Below, piece after piece: positions 10,873 through 20,516 of a DNA stretch of 64,000 nucleotides. Numbering within the stretch: the first letter of the stretch is position 1; every line of letters starts with the position of its first letter. The notes under the pieces were generated by a model, which had not been told where the DNA came from, did no database searches, and saw nothing but the letters and a program-made list of their open reading frames with translations. The position numbers and the translations under genes were made by a program. This stretch comes from Promethearchaeota archaeon Loki_b32 (GTDB lineage: Archaea > Asgardarchaeota > Lokiarchaeia > Sigyniarchaeales > SOKP01): contig NJBH01000007.1 of NCBI GenBank assembly GCA_005223125.1, forward strand, positions 85,097 through 149,096. Reading direction: 5' to 3'.

Positions 10873-11393
10873 ACCGCTAAAGTCATAAAATAAGCATTTT
10901 CGCCGTCTCGATAATAATTTTTTTTAATATTTTCAATTTTATAATCTAATTTTTCATATAATCTAATTGCTGTGTAATTAGATACTCTAACTTCTAAGAC
11001 ATATTCATGGATTTTGTATTTTTTAATTGCTTTCATACTATTTGATAATAATATCGTAGCAATTCCTCTTCTTCTATAGCTTTCAGAGACGGCTATTGAA
11101 ACGAGATGTGCTTTATTTATATATTTTAAACTGTTTATAGAAGGAGCTTTTTCCACCCTCCACATAATGTATGCTACAATTTTCCCGAGTTTATTTTGAG
11201 CTACTAAAAAGCATTCAGGAAAATTATCAAGTATACTTTTATAGAAAAAGAAAGGATAATCTTCGGGTAGTTCTCTTTCATTTACTTCAATTACTTCATC
11301 TATATCATCTAAAATACATTTTCTTATTAAAAATTCTTGTTCATTTGTTGTAGGATTGAAGATTTTTGTCTCTGTTTCTTTATTTGCAGTCAT
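10869..11393 (-). CDS. Ard1/RimI-type GNAT N-terminal acetyltransferase
   Basis: 'NERELPEDY', 'HLVSIAV...YRRRGIA', 'LEVRVSN..AI.LY', 'YYRDGENA'. Confidence 0.9.
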   Translation of the reverse strand: MTANKETETKIFNPTTNEQEFLIRKCILDDIDEVIEVNERELPEDYPFFFYKSILDNFPECFLVAQNKLGKIVAYIMWRVEKAPSINSLKYINKAHLVSIAVSESYRRRGIATILLSNSMKAIKKYKIHEYVLEVRVSNYTAIRLYEKLDYKIENIKKNYYRDGENAYFMTLAV

Positions 11394-11498
11394 CGTTATT
11401 GTTATTAAAGAATTTTTATATGAAAAATAGCCTTATTGATATATGGAATATAATATTAACTACTTTTAAGTTTTTATGAATCAAAAATTCAGTTAAAA

Positions 11499-12296
11499 TC
11501 AAAACTTAAGTATTTCAAATGCCTTTTTTTTTTGTATTTCAAGGTATTTAATAATTAAATCTAGAGTTTTTTGTATATTTAATTTATTATTAAAATTTTG
11601 AACGATTTCTTTTATTTGTGTATTATTCAATTTTTTTAATTCTTGTGTTAATTTTATCATTTCTGGTACTACTCTTACGATGTTATCAACAATCGTAATA
11701 TCTGCCCATAATGCTGTTCTACTTAATGGATTTAAATCAACTGCGATAATTTTTTTATTTAATTTTTTCAGAGCTTCCGTCCTATCTCCATCTTCTAATG
11801 GAACCATAACTATATCAGCATCAGCAATTAGTTCTACCTTTCTTCTATTACTTTTAAGACCCTCAAGCTCAATCATTTTATGTGTATCAATACCATGAAT
11901 TATAGTTGCACCAGCTTTTTGTAGAACATTTTTTATTGCTTCAATTCTTCCTTCTTTTGGGTAAAACAAATTGATTTCAAGTGGAGCAGGTATGATTTTC
12001 GATAAAGTCGCTAGTTCCTCTGGCACTAAAGCTGCAACATTTCCATTTACACTGATCACCGGCTTTTCAGCTAATAATAAAGCAGCTACAGCCGTTCTAA
12101 TCGCTTTTTTTGCGAGTAGAGTTGTTTTTTCACCTAAGATATAATCAAAACATTCACCCCTCCCATGTGCTATTAAACCTGCTTCAGCAACTACTAGATT
12201 TTTCATACCTTCAATAATTTTATGACGATATTTTAAACTTTCATAGCGTGGGTGAGTTTTAGGGACAGAATGATCTTGGTTTTCATTCGAAGTCAT
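11499..12296 (-). CDS. 4-phosphopantoate--beta-alanine ligase (archaeal phosphopantothenate synthetase)
   Basis: 'HPRYESL', 'GLIAHGRGECFDY', 'SVNGN', 'PLEDGDR', 'DLNPLSRT'. Confidence 0.93.
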   Translation of the reverse strand: MTSNENQDHSVPKTHPRYESLKYRHKIIEGMKNLVVAEAGLIAHGRGECFDYILGEKTTLLAKKAIRTAVAALLLAEKPVISVNGNVAALVPEELATLSKIIPAPLEINLFYPKEGRIEAIKNVLQKAGATIIHGIDTHKMIELEGLKSNRRKVELIADADIVMVPLEDGDRTEALKKLNKKIIAVDLNPLSRTALWADITIVDNIVRVVPEMIKLTQELKKLNNTQIKEIVQNFNNKLNIQKTLDLIIKYLEIQKKKAFEILKF

Positions 12297-12384
12297 AATC
12301 TTTCAAATCCTTTAATATTGTTCTTTATATAGATTGATATAAAGAAAAACTATTAATCTTTTATAAAATTTTTAAAATTTGTAG

Positions 12385-13665
12385 ATGCATATGAGTTCTG
12401 ATGTGAAAAAGAAACCTAATGATTTGAAAGTCTATAAAACAAAACAATTATTAGAAAATCTTAGGAGCAAGAGGGGTTTTCATACTGAGTTAGTTTCGTT
12501 ATATATTCCTCATGATAGAAAGATTTCAGATGTAACAAATCATCTAAAAAATGAAATTAGTGAAAGTCAGAATATAAAATCAAAACTAACACGAAAAAAT
12601 GTATTAGATAGCATATCTAGTCTTTTAGGGCAACTGAAAAATATTTCAAAAGTTCCTGAAAATGGGTTAGTAATGTTTTCAGGCGCAATTCCACAAAGTA
12701 ATACCCCCGGTACAGAGAAAAATGAAATGTATATTGTTGAACCTCCTGATAGAGTAGTTACATTTAGATATCATTGTGCCAGTGAATTTCTATTATGGCC
12801 TTTAGAAGAAATGCTTACACCTAAAGAAACATATGGATTATTAGTTATTGGTAGAAAAGAATCAGCAGTAGGATATATTAAAGGAAATAAAGTTGAAATA
12901 ATCAGAGAATTTACTTCTGGTATTCATGGTAAACATCGAGCCGGTGGTCAATCTCAAAAAAGGTATGAAAGATTAATTGAGGAAGGAGAAAAACTTTTTT
13001 ATCGAAGAATTTCATATACCGTAAATGAACTTTTTCTACCTATGGAAGATTTACAAGGTATATTTATTGGTGGTCCAGGTCAATCTAAAGAAAAATTTGT
13101 TAGTGATGAGAGTTTAGATTATAGATTACGAGAGAAAATTTTAGATGTGGTAGATCTTGGTTATGGAGGAACAGAAGGAATTCGAGTATTAATAGAAAAG
13201 GTTAAAGATCAGATGAAGGATGTGAAATATATCCGAGAAAAGCAGGTTATGCAACGATTTATGAAAGAAATTTCTATTGACTCGGGTTTAGCTTCCTATG
13301 GTTTAGAAGCTATACAAAGAGCTTTAAATTATGGGGCTGTAGATACCCTAATTCTTTCAGAAAAACTAGATTTATATAAAATCAAGTTAGAATGCTCAAA
13401 TTGTGAATTTACTGAATCCAGAACGATAAAAGAAAAAGATCTTAATAGAGTTAAAGCAAGGATTCAAGATGAATCTTGTCCTAAATGTTCTTCAAATGCA
13501 TTTAATATTGTAGAGGAAATATCAATTATAGAAGAATTAGGGGAAACCGCTGAAGCAACTGGAACTTCTATTGATATTATATCTACAGAAATCGAAGAAG
13601 GAGAAATGCTTTATAGTACATTTGGAGGAATTGCGGCAATCCTCCGCTATAAGATTGATTATTAA
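12385..13665 (+). CDS. prf1: Peptide chain release factor aRF1
   Basis: NIKS, YxC and GGQS motifs; CxxC...CxxC insertion in domain 3; 'FGGIAAILRY'. Confidence 0.97.
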   Translation: MHMSSDVKKKPNDLKVYKTKQLLENLRSKRGFHTELVSLYIPHDRKISDVTNHLKNEISESQNIKSKLTRKNVLDSISSLLGQLKNISKVPENGLVMFSGAIPQSNTPGTEKNEMYIVEPPDRVVTFRYHCASEFLLWPLEEMLTPKETYGLLVIGRKESAVGYIKGNKVEIIREFTSGIHGKHRAGGQSQKRYERLIEEGEKLFYRRISYTVNELFLPMEDLQGIFIGGPGQSKEKFVSDESLDYRLREKILDVVDLGYGGTEGIRVLIEKVKDQMKDVKYIREKQVMQRFMKEISIDSGLASYGLEAIQRALNYGAVDTLILSEKLDLYKIKLECSNCEFTESRTIKEKDLNRVKARIQDESCPKCSSNAFNIVEEISIIEELGETAEATGTSIDIISTEIEEGEMLYSTFGGIAAILRYKIDY

Positions 13666-13720
13666 ACGAAAAAAGAACCTATAAAATTTCATAAATTATT
13701 AAAAAGGTTTTGAAGACAAA

Positions 13721-14713
13721 ATGGAATTAAGAGAACTGTTATTGAACCTAAAAATCATAATGTTTGGTGGGAAAGGAGGAGTTGGAAAAACATGTTGTGC
13801 TACAAGTTCAGCAATATGGGCAGCAGAACAGGGAAGAAATACATTAATCATAAGTACTGACCCTGCGCATTCTTTAGGGGATAGTCTTGGAATTGAATTG
13901 GCTCCTGGTATCCCTACCCCTATTGAAAATATAGATAATTTGACCGCTTTGGAAATAAATCCAAAAGCTAATATGGCAGAATTTAGGGGATTAACGGGGA
14001 TGAATCCTTTAGAAGAAATGGGAATGGGGGATATAATGGAAGGAATGCCCTTATTAGGTGATCTCGAAGATTTAGCTTCAATAAATCCTCCCGGAATTGA
14101 TGAAGCATTAGCTTTTGGTAAGATTTTAGAATTTATTGAGACAGAACACGACTATGATTTAGTAATTTTTGATACAGCACCTACTGGACATACACTAAGA
14201 TTTTTAGGACTTCCAGAGACCCTATCTGGGTGGATTGGTAAGCTTATAAAAATGAGAATGAAATTAGGAAATATGTTTGGTGCTCTAAAGAGAATGTTCA
14301 CTCGTGAAGAGAAGAAATCAGATGATTCTTTAGAAATGTTAGAGAGATTGAATCAATCAATTTTAAACGCGAGAGAAGATCTGACCAATCCAACTAAAAA
14401 TTCTTTTGTAGTTGTAATGATACCGGAAGAAATGGCGATTTTAGAAACGGGTAGATTGCTGAATGAGCTGATTAAGTATGATATTCCCGTTTCCAATATT
14501 GTTGTGAATCAATTATATCAGGATACAACTGGGTTATGTGATTTTTGTAAGAGTAGGCGTGAAATGCAACAAAGAAACCTTACTAAGATAAAGGAAATAT
14601 TTAGGGAAAAATTGCTCAAAAATCTGATTGAAGTTCCATTATTCAAGGAAGAAATAAGAGAATATGATAAACTGAAGGAAATGGGCGAATATTTGGTTAA
14701 GGAATCTTATTAA
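13721..14713 (+). CDS. ArsA/GET3 (TRC40)-family ATPase
   Basis: GGKGGVGKT, STDPAHSLGD, PGIDE, DTAPTGH, CxxC (CDFC); single ATPase domain. Confidence 0.92.
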   Translation: MELRELLLNLKIIMFGGKGGVGKTCCATSSAIWAAEQGRNTLIISTDPAHSLGDSLGIELAPGIPTPIENIDNLTALEINPKANMAEFRGLTGMNPLEEMGMGDIMEGMPLLGDLEDLASINPPGIDEALAFGKILEFIETEHDYDLVIFDTAPTGHTLRFLGLPETLSGWIGKLIKMRMKLGNMFGALKRMFTREEKKSDDSLEMLERLNQSILNAREDLTNPTKNSFVVVMIPEEMAILETGRLLNELIKYDIPVSNIVVNQLYQDTTGLCDFCKSRREMQQRNLTKIKEIFREKLLKNLIEVPLFKEEIREYDKLKEMGEYLVKESY

Positions 14714-15684
14714 GAAAATTCTAGTAAATAGCTACAATAAGAACAAATTTTCCCATTCCCGCATGGATACCCACATTTTTGACATAGACTGTGATTTTTT
14801 TTTTTTCGATGGTAATAGAGTGTTTTAGATAATTCTAAAAATCCATTGAGAAGGTTAAATTCAATTTCTGGGCTATATTTTTTGCATTCTTGAATAAAAT
14901 CTAATACTCTTTTTCTTATGATTGGGTCTTTTTCTCTATAAGGACAATGAGAAGGATAATAATCGAGTTTTTTAATATTTGCATATAAAAAGATTTCTTC
15001 TTCTGGAATTCTTATTAGTGGTGAAATTTTTTTAATATAAAACTGGTTTATTTCATCGTTCTCTTCCTTAAAAAAATACTGATTTGCTATAATATCCAAA
15101 CGTTTGTAGAGAATATTCATCAAGTAAGTTTCTGCGAAATCGGTAAGATTGTGCCCCATTGCTAAAATATTGCCTCCTAATTCTTTAGCACCATCATTTA
15201 ATAATCTTCTTCTTATTGTAGCGCAATAATTACAAGCATATTTGTAATCTGGGGTTTCTCTTTTCATATTAATTATTTCATCTAATGTTTTCCCTATTTT
15301 ATCTTTAAAAGAAATAATCTTATACTCAATATTATATTTATTACAGAATTCCTTGGCTTTTTTAATACTTTTTTCTCTATATTCTTTTATTCCCTCATCG
15401 ATAATCAAAGCGATTATTGGTTTCGAGTTGTGTGTTCGATTTTGGATGATATTTAAATTATAGAGTAGACTAATTGAATCCTTTCCCCCAGATAAAGCAA
15501 CTATAATTCTATCTTTTGATTTTAGCATCTCATACTTGGAAATCGTTTTATAAATATTTTTTTCAATATTTTTTTGAAAACACTCGGGACATAAATTTTC
15601 TCCTGAATGTTTTCTTTGGATTACAATGGAATTATTACAATATGAACAAGTACCTTGTTTCAAAAATATATTGAAATTACTCAT
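14710..15684 (-). CDS. TtuA/Ncs6-family tRNA 2-thiolation protein
   Basis: PP-loop SGGKDS, CNYC..RR, GHNL.D, CPY, N- and C-terminal zinc fingers. Confidence 0.9.
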   Translation of the reverse strand: MSNFNIFLKQGTCSYCNNSIVIQRKHSGENLCPECFQKNIEKNIYKTISKYEMLKSKDRIIVALSGGKDSISLLYNLNIIQNRTHNSKPIIALIIDEGIKEYREKSIKKAKEFCNKYNIEYKIISFKDKIGKTLDEIINMKRETPDYKYACNYCATIRRRLLNDGAKELGGNILAMGHNLTDFAETYLMNILYKRLDIIANQYFFKEENDEINQFYIKKISPLIRIPEEEIFLYANIKKLDYYPSHCPYREKDPIIRKRVLDFIQECKKYSPEIEFNLLNGFLELSKTLYYHRKKKNHSLCQKCGYPCGNGKICSYCSYLLEFS

Positions 15685-15716
15685 TAGAGATATATAAAAA
15701 AAATATTAGTTAAAAG

Positions 15717-17531
15717 TTAAATCCAAAACTTAATACCACCAAATTTTATAAAAGATAAAATAAAATTACCAGCAATAATGAACAATGTGAAGTATCGTAT
15801 AATATTTAGAATTGAATTTTTAACTTTTCGTTTTTCATCATACCAATATTCATAATTAATCTCGATTAATGAACCTTCTTCTAATTGTGTTTGTTCAGGA
15901 AGATTTAATGCTACAGTATCTTTAAATCCATCACCAATTTTATCTATTAAAATATACTTATCTTCAGATAATATTATTTCACTTTGCTCTCTTACTCCGC
16001 TTTTTTCTTCGATTATTATTTTAACATTATCAACTTTCTCTACTCTATATTCTGATAAATTGAGATCTGTCTCATCTTTTTTGAATCTAACTTTATCTTT
16101 TTTTTTCCTTGTTGTTTTGTATTCTTCTCCAAAACCCCAATTAAGCAATTCTTTCACTATTCTATCTCCATCGAATATAGGTAAGGGTAACATATTAAAC
16201 AGAGTAATACTGAAAGCGATAATAAAAAGCCATATAATTTCTCTTAACCAAAATTCTGGCCAAAAAGGAGTAAAGAATTTTGCAAAATCATTTTTATGCA
16301 TAAAGTATGAAGTACTATATATGCCAATTTTTACTCCTATTGTATCAACATCTAAGAAATAAGTGTAAGAAGCTGTACTTAAATTAATAATATTTAGATT
16401 TAAATTCGTTAATTCTTTCTCTAATGTAACTCCGCTTATTCTATTAATTGATTTATTATTTATTTTGGTAATATTTAATCCAACAGTCAAACCCTTATCA
16501 TAATTATTTCCGTCTTCATCCTTAGTATAAATTTTAGTAATTTGTAGTTCAGTATTAGAGATATATTCAAATTCGATTCCAATAAAATAAAGAGGACCTA
16601 AGGTTACATTTTTTTCTGAATAACTGTCAGTGGAAGGATTATATATACTAAATGTTAAATTGTCTCCTATGGAGGTTATTAAACTAGTTTTATTATTTAA
16701 GATATCTGAAAGAGTTCTTCCCTCATAATTATTAAGAGCCACATAGTCTTCATCTTCAGCACCTTGTTTTTTAATTGCTAAAATAACATCGTTTTTTGCT
16801 AGATTTCCTTCATTAATTCCGCCTTCTACTTCTGGTACTACACTATAAACTTGGCCAACTTGACGGTAAAAGGGAGAGATAATGAGCGGAAAACTTAACA
16901 GTAGTATAAAAGCAATTCCTGCCGTAATTCCATTCACATATGTCCCTGCAGCTGCAATTCGTAATCTCGTATTTCTATGATATTTTTGAGAATTTAGCTC
17001 TCTTTCATCGACTTCAACAAAGGCTCCAAAACCGATAATAAAAAAAAGGCCTGCTCCGAGAACTCCAGTAGATTTAACATCCACACCGTCAGCACCAGCT
17101 GCAATTCCATGAGCAAATTCATGCGTAGTTATGATGAATAATAATGGAAGAATTAAATAAAAGAGCAGAGGTAATTCGATATTTACACCCGGAATAAGAG
17201 GAACTATGGCTTGTTCAAAACTAGGTCTAATTATCAAATTGAGAAAGTTTGTAAAAAAGAAATAAAGCGCATATATAGTAAAACCAAATGAAATGAATAT
17301 CCCTATAGTCCAAAAAATTTTCCAAAATTTAGGAGCTTTTCTTGAGACTTTCTTTATGAATTTATTTAATTTTCTAGTTTTTAACATTGCCAGAAATGGA
17401 AACCAGAAATAGTATGCGTCTTTTTTATTTCTTAACAAGTATTTTAAGAGATATACAAAACCCCAAAATAATAAAGACAATATGAACCATGGATTTAAAA
17501 TGAAATCTATAATTATATCAAACAAAGGCAT
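15717..17531 (-). CDS. Site-2 protease (M50) with PDZ-like insert
   Basis: HEFAH, GAFVE, 'IAAAGTYVN', NMLPLPIFDGD; multiple TM segments. Confidence 0.92.
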   Translation of the reverse strand: MPLFDIIIDFILNPWFILSLLFWGFVYLLKYLLRNKKDAYYFWFPFLAMLKTRKLNKFIKKVSRKAPKFWKIFWTIGIFISFGFTIYALYFFFTNFLNLIIRPSFEQAIVPLIPGVNIELPLLFYLILPLLFIITTHEFAHGIAAGADGVDVKSTGVLGAGLFFIIGFGAFVEVDERELNSQKYHRNTRLRIAAAGTYVNGITAGIAFILLLSFPLIISPFYRQVGQVYSVVPEVEGGINEGNLAKNDVILAIKKQGAEDEDYVALNNYEGRTLSDILNNKTSLITSIGDNLTFSIYNPSTDSYSEKNVTLGPLYFIGIEFEYISNTELQITKIYTKDEDGNNYDKGLTVGLNITKINNKSINRISGVTLEKELTNLNLNIINLSTASYTYFLDVDTIGVKIGIYSTSYFMHKNDFAKFFTPFWPEFWLREIIWLFIIAFSITLFNMLPLPIFDGDRIVKELLNWGFGEEYKTTRKKKDKVRFKKDETDLNLSEYRVEKVDNVKIIIEEKSGVREQSEIILSEDKYILIDKIGDGFKDTVALNLPEQTQLEEGSLIEINYEYWYDEKRKVKNSILNIIRYFTLFIIAGNFILSFIKFGGIKFWI

Positions 17532-17727
17532 AAATATCCATCAGTTATGTTCTTTTTTTATATCTAATTTACATTAGAAGTTAAACTTATTGGTTGCATT
17601 CAGAATTCTTTTATATAAGAAGAATACATGCTAATTAAAAATCGAAAAAGATTAAATTGTTAGTTTATAATGATATATATATAATTAGTATATATTGCAT
17701 AGGAATCAACCCTATAAATACTTACAT

Positions 17728-17872
17728 AGCGGGGTGGGCTAGCCTGGTTTATGCCGCAGGGCTCATAAGTTATGGAACTTGTACACCTCTTATTGAGAAA
17801 CCCTGAGATCGTTCGTTCAAAAGCTAGTAATTACTGATCTCCAGTAAGCTGAGAGTCGAACCCCCGCTACCA
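17728..17872 (+). tRNA. Initiator tRNA-Met (CAU) with two introns (37/38: 17768-17799; 59/60: 17822-17855); CCA encoded
   Basis: A1-U72, three G-C pairs in the anticodon stem; both introns form BHB motifs (CUCA/UGAG and UUCA/UGAG central helices). Confidence 0.95.
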
Positions 17873-18017
17873 TTATCATTTATTATCCTTTTCGGTAAAA
17901 ACTTTTACATTACAAATAATTTAAGAAAAGAGAATCATAAATATTACTAGCTTAATAGATATTTCTATATTGAAAACCATTTAATTTTTAAATATTAAAT
18001 TAAGAGAAAGGTATGAG

Positions 18018-18758
18018 ATGGAAAGAATAAAACGTTTTAAGAGAAATCCCGCAGTTCAATGTTGGATTAAACATATTTTTGAGGGGCAATACGATGAAAG
18101 TGAGAAATTTTTTTATACAATTTTTGGTCATGTTAAGCGTGTTAGAATTATTGGAACAATTATTAATAAAAGGGAACAATTAATTCAGCCAAGTGAAGTA
18201 GATATGGGATTATCAGAAGAACTTGATTCAAATTTAAGATTTGATTTAGATGATAGCACTGGAATGATCAGAGCAACGATTAGGAATATGATCCCAGAAA
18301 AGTTTAAAACATTTAATAAGGGTGATATTGTAGAAGTTATGGGGAGTGTTAAAAAATATGGAGATTATATTTCTTTATGGATAGAAATTATAAGAAAAGT
18401 GGATGACCCTAATCTTATTTTACTAAGGAATGCTGAAATAGTTAATAAAATAAAACATGGTGAAATACATGAAATTCCCGAATTTAATGACATAAATAAT
18501 AACATTGAAGATTTCTCAGATGAAATAGATGTTAATACTCTATTTGAAAGTGAAGGTGTTGCTTCTGAGCATGATGAAATAAAGGAAAAGGTGTATTTAA
18601 TTGTTGAAGAGTATTCTGCAAGAGGAGATGGAATTAATTTTGAAACATTGAAAAAAGAAGTTGGTATCCCCGATCATAAATTGAGAAATATGGTTAAGGA
18701 TTTGATCTTAGAATCACGCATTTATGAATCTGATAACGATAATTTTGAAGCATTTTAA
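18018..18758 (+). CDS. RPA2/RPA32-like OB-fold protein with C-terminal winged helix
   Basis: 'VKRVRIIGTI', 'LDDSTGMI', 'GDIVEVMG', acidic linker, wH-like 'GINFETLKKE...LILESRIYE'. Confidence 0.8.
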   Translation: MERIKRFKRNPAVQCWIKHIFEGQYDESEKFFYTIFGHVKRVRIIGTIINKREQLIQPSEVDMGLSEELDSNLRFDLDDSTGMIRATIRNMIPEKFKTFNKGDIVEVMGSVKKYGDYISLWIEIIRKVDDPNLILLRNAEIVNKIKHGEIHEIPEFNDINNNIEDFSDEIDVNTLFESEGVASEHDEIKEKVYLIVEEYSARGDGINFETLKKEVGIPDHKLRNMVKDLILESRIYESDNDNFEAF

Positions 18759-18841
18759 TTTTGATTTATATTGCTAATTTCTTTGATAATAAAGGAAAAC
18801 TATTTTTCTTATAGATGATTCCATATTTATAAAACTAGTAA

Positions 18842-19270
18842 ATGTGGATGATAATTATGGATATAAATAATTACGATGAATTATTGGATAAAGCTTATGA
18901 AAAGATTCCAGAAAATGCAAGAAAATTATCTAGATTTGAAATTCCAAAAGTAGAACTTCGTATTGAAAGTAGGAATACATTTATTACAAATTTCAACAAA
19001 ATCATTAGCACCCTTAATAGAGACAGAAAACATTTTCTAGGGGTCTTCTTGAAAAAAGCAGGAACTATGGGTGAAGTTAGAGGACAACAATTATTCTTAA
19101 AAGGTCAATATAAAGATCAAGTCCTAAATAAATTGATCGAAAATTATACGAAAATGTATGTTTTATGCCGTATTTGCAATAAACCGGATACTCAAATTCA
19201 AAGAGAAGGGAAAAAATTATATCTAAAATGTACTGCGTGTGGAGCTAGAGAAGAAATTAAAGAAAAATAA
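18842..19270 (+). CDS. eif2b: Translation initiation factor aIF2 beta subunit (true start probably a few codons downstream)
   Basis: 'YDELLDKAY', 'RFEIP', 'T.ITNF', zinc ribbon CRICNKPDT...CTACGA. Confidence 0.95.
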   Translation: MWMIIMDINNYDELLDKAYEKIPENARKLSRFEIPKVELRIESRNTFITNFNKIISTLNRDRKHFLGVFLKKAGTMGEVRGQQLFLKGQYKDQVLNKLIENYTKMYVLCRICNKPDTQIQREGKKLYLKCTACGAREEIKEK

Positions 19271-19291
19271 GTAAAAATTAATAGCGATAAA

Positions 19292-19591
19292 TTGATGAAA
19301 GTATACCTTAAAGTACATATTAAAGAAGAGTTTGAAATAATAGCCTGTTGTGATGAAGAATTATTAAATCAAGTTTTTAAAGAGGGAAATTTAAGAATTG
19401 AAATTTCTAACCAATTCTTCGAAGGAAAGTTAATAGCTCTAGAAGAAGCAATTTCGATTTTAAAATGTGCCTCATTTTTCAATATTGTTGGAGAAAAAAT
19501 AATTAATGAAGCAATTAATTGTAAACTCCTAATAAAAGAAGGAATAAGATTCATAAATGGGATTCCTATGGCTTTAAAGATGATGTTTTAA
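19292..19591 (+). CDS. DUF424-family protein
   Basis: 'IIACCDEELL', 'FFEG', 'NIVG'; typical location next to aIF2-beta and NMD3. Confidence 0.88.
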   Translation: MMKVYLKVHIKEEFEIIACCDEELLNQVFKEGNLRIEISNQFFEGKLIALEEAISILKCASFFNIVGEKIINEAINCKLLIKEGIRFINGIPMALKMMF

Positions 19592-20505
19592 TGCCTAATC
19601 GATTTTGTGCGATATGTGGAATAAATTTAGGAAAAGAAGATCCTCATTTTGGAATGTGTCTTGAGTGTTATTTAAAAGAACATCCCTTATTCGAATTACC
19701 TGATCATTTCGCATTAAATGTCTGCCTTGACTGTGGTAGTTTCTCTAAAAAAGATGTATGGATTGAACCTACAGAAAATGAGTTATTTACTATCATAGAA
19801 CAAGCGCTTCAAAGATTCTTATTAAAATCATTTTTAAAGAGAAATAATATTGATTTCACATTCTCTTTAAATGAAGAGAGTTTTATGTATTCTTCAAAAG
19901 ATTTAGTAACTTCACTAGAAGTATTAATTAAAGGTATTTTAAAGAAGGATTATAATATAAAGCATGAACAAACAATAAAATTAAATTTAAATCATGAGTT
20001 ATGCAAAAATTGCTCGAATTTAAGAGGAGGAACATATTTTTTGTCTATTCTTCAATTACGAGTTAAAGACGAAGAGCAATTCGATTTAATTAAACAAGTT
20101 TTAAATGAAGTTAACGAATTTGTGGAACGAACGTTTGAAAAAGACCATAAGCAATACATATCAAATTTAGAAGATCAAAAATACGGTGTTGATTTATATC
20201 TTAGTACCAATGAATTAATGAATTATTTAATCAAGTTTTTAAAGGCAAAATATAATTTTCTATTAAAACGATCTAAAAAATTAGTCGGGAGAGATTCTCA
20301 AAGAGGTAAAAACCTTTATAGATTTAAAGGGTTGATAAAATTCTTACCAGTAAATAATGGTGATATTATTACCATTGAAGATCAAAATTTTAGTGTAGAA
20401 AATATTACTAAAAATAAAGTTGTTCTTAGAAGTGACAATAACACTAAATTGATAAAAGGCTATTCTTATTTCTTTAATGAAAAAATAATTAAAAAAAATC
20501 CATAG
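19591..20505 (+). CDS. nmd3: NMD3-family ribosome biogenesis protein
   Basis: N-terminal CxxC pairs, 'C..CS...G.YF.SILQLR', 'GVDLYL', 'KLVGRD'. Confidence 0.9.
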   Translation: MPNRFCAICGINLGKEDPHFGMCLECYLKEHPLFELPDHFALNVCLDCGSFSKKDVWIEPTENELFTIIEQALQRFLLKSFLKRNNIDFTFSLNEESFMYSSKDLVTSLEVLIKGILKKDYNIKHEQTIKLNLNHELCKNCSNLRGGTYFLSILQLRVKDEEQFDLIKQVLNEVNEFVERTFEKDHKQYISNLEDQKYGVDLYLSTNELMNYLIKFLKAKYNFLLKRSKKLVGRDSQRGKNLYRFKGLIKFLPVNNGDIITIEDQNFSVENITKNKVVLRSDNNTKLIKGYSYFFNEKIIKKNP

Positions 20506-20516
20506 AGGAAAAGTTA

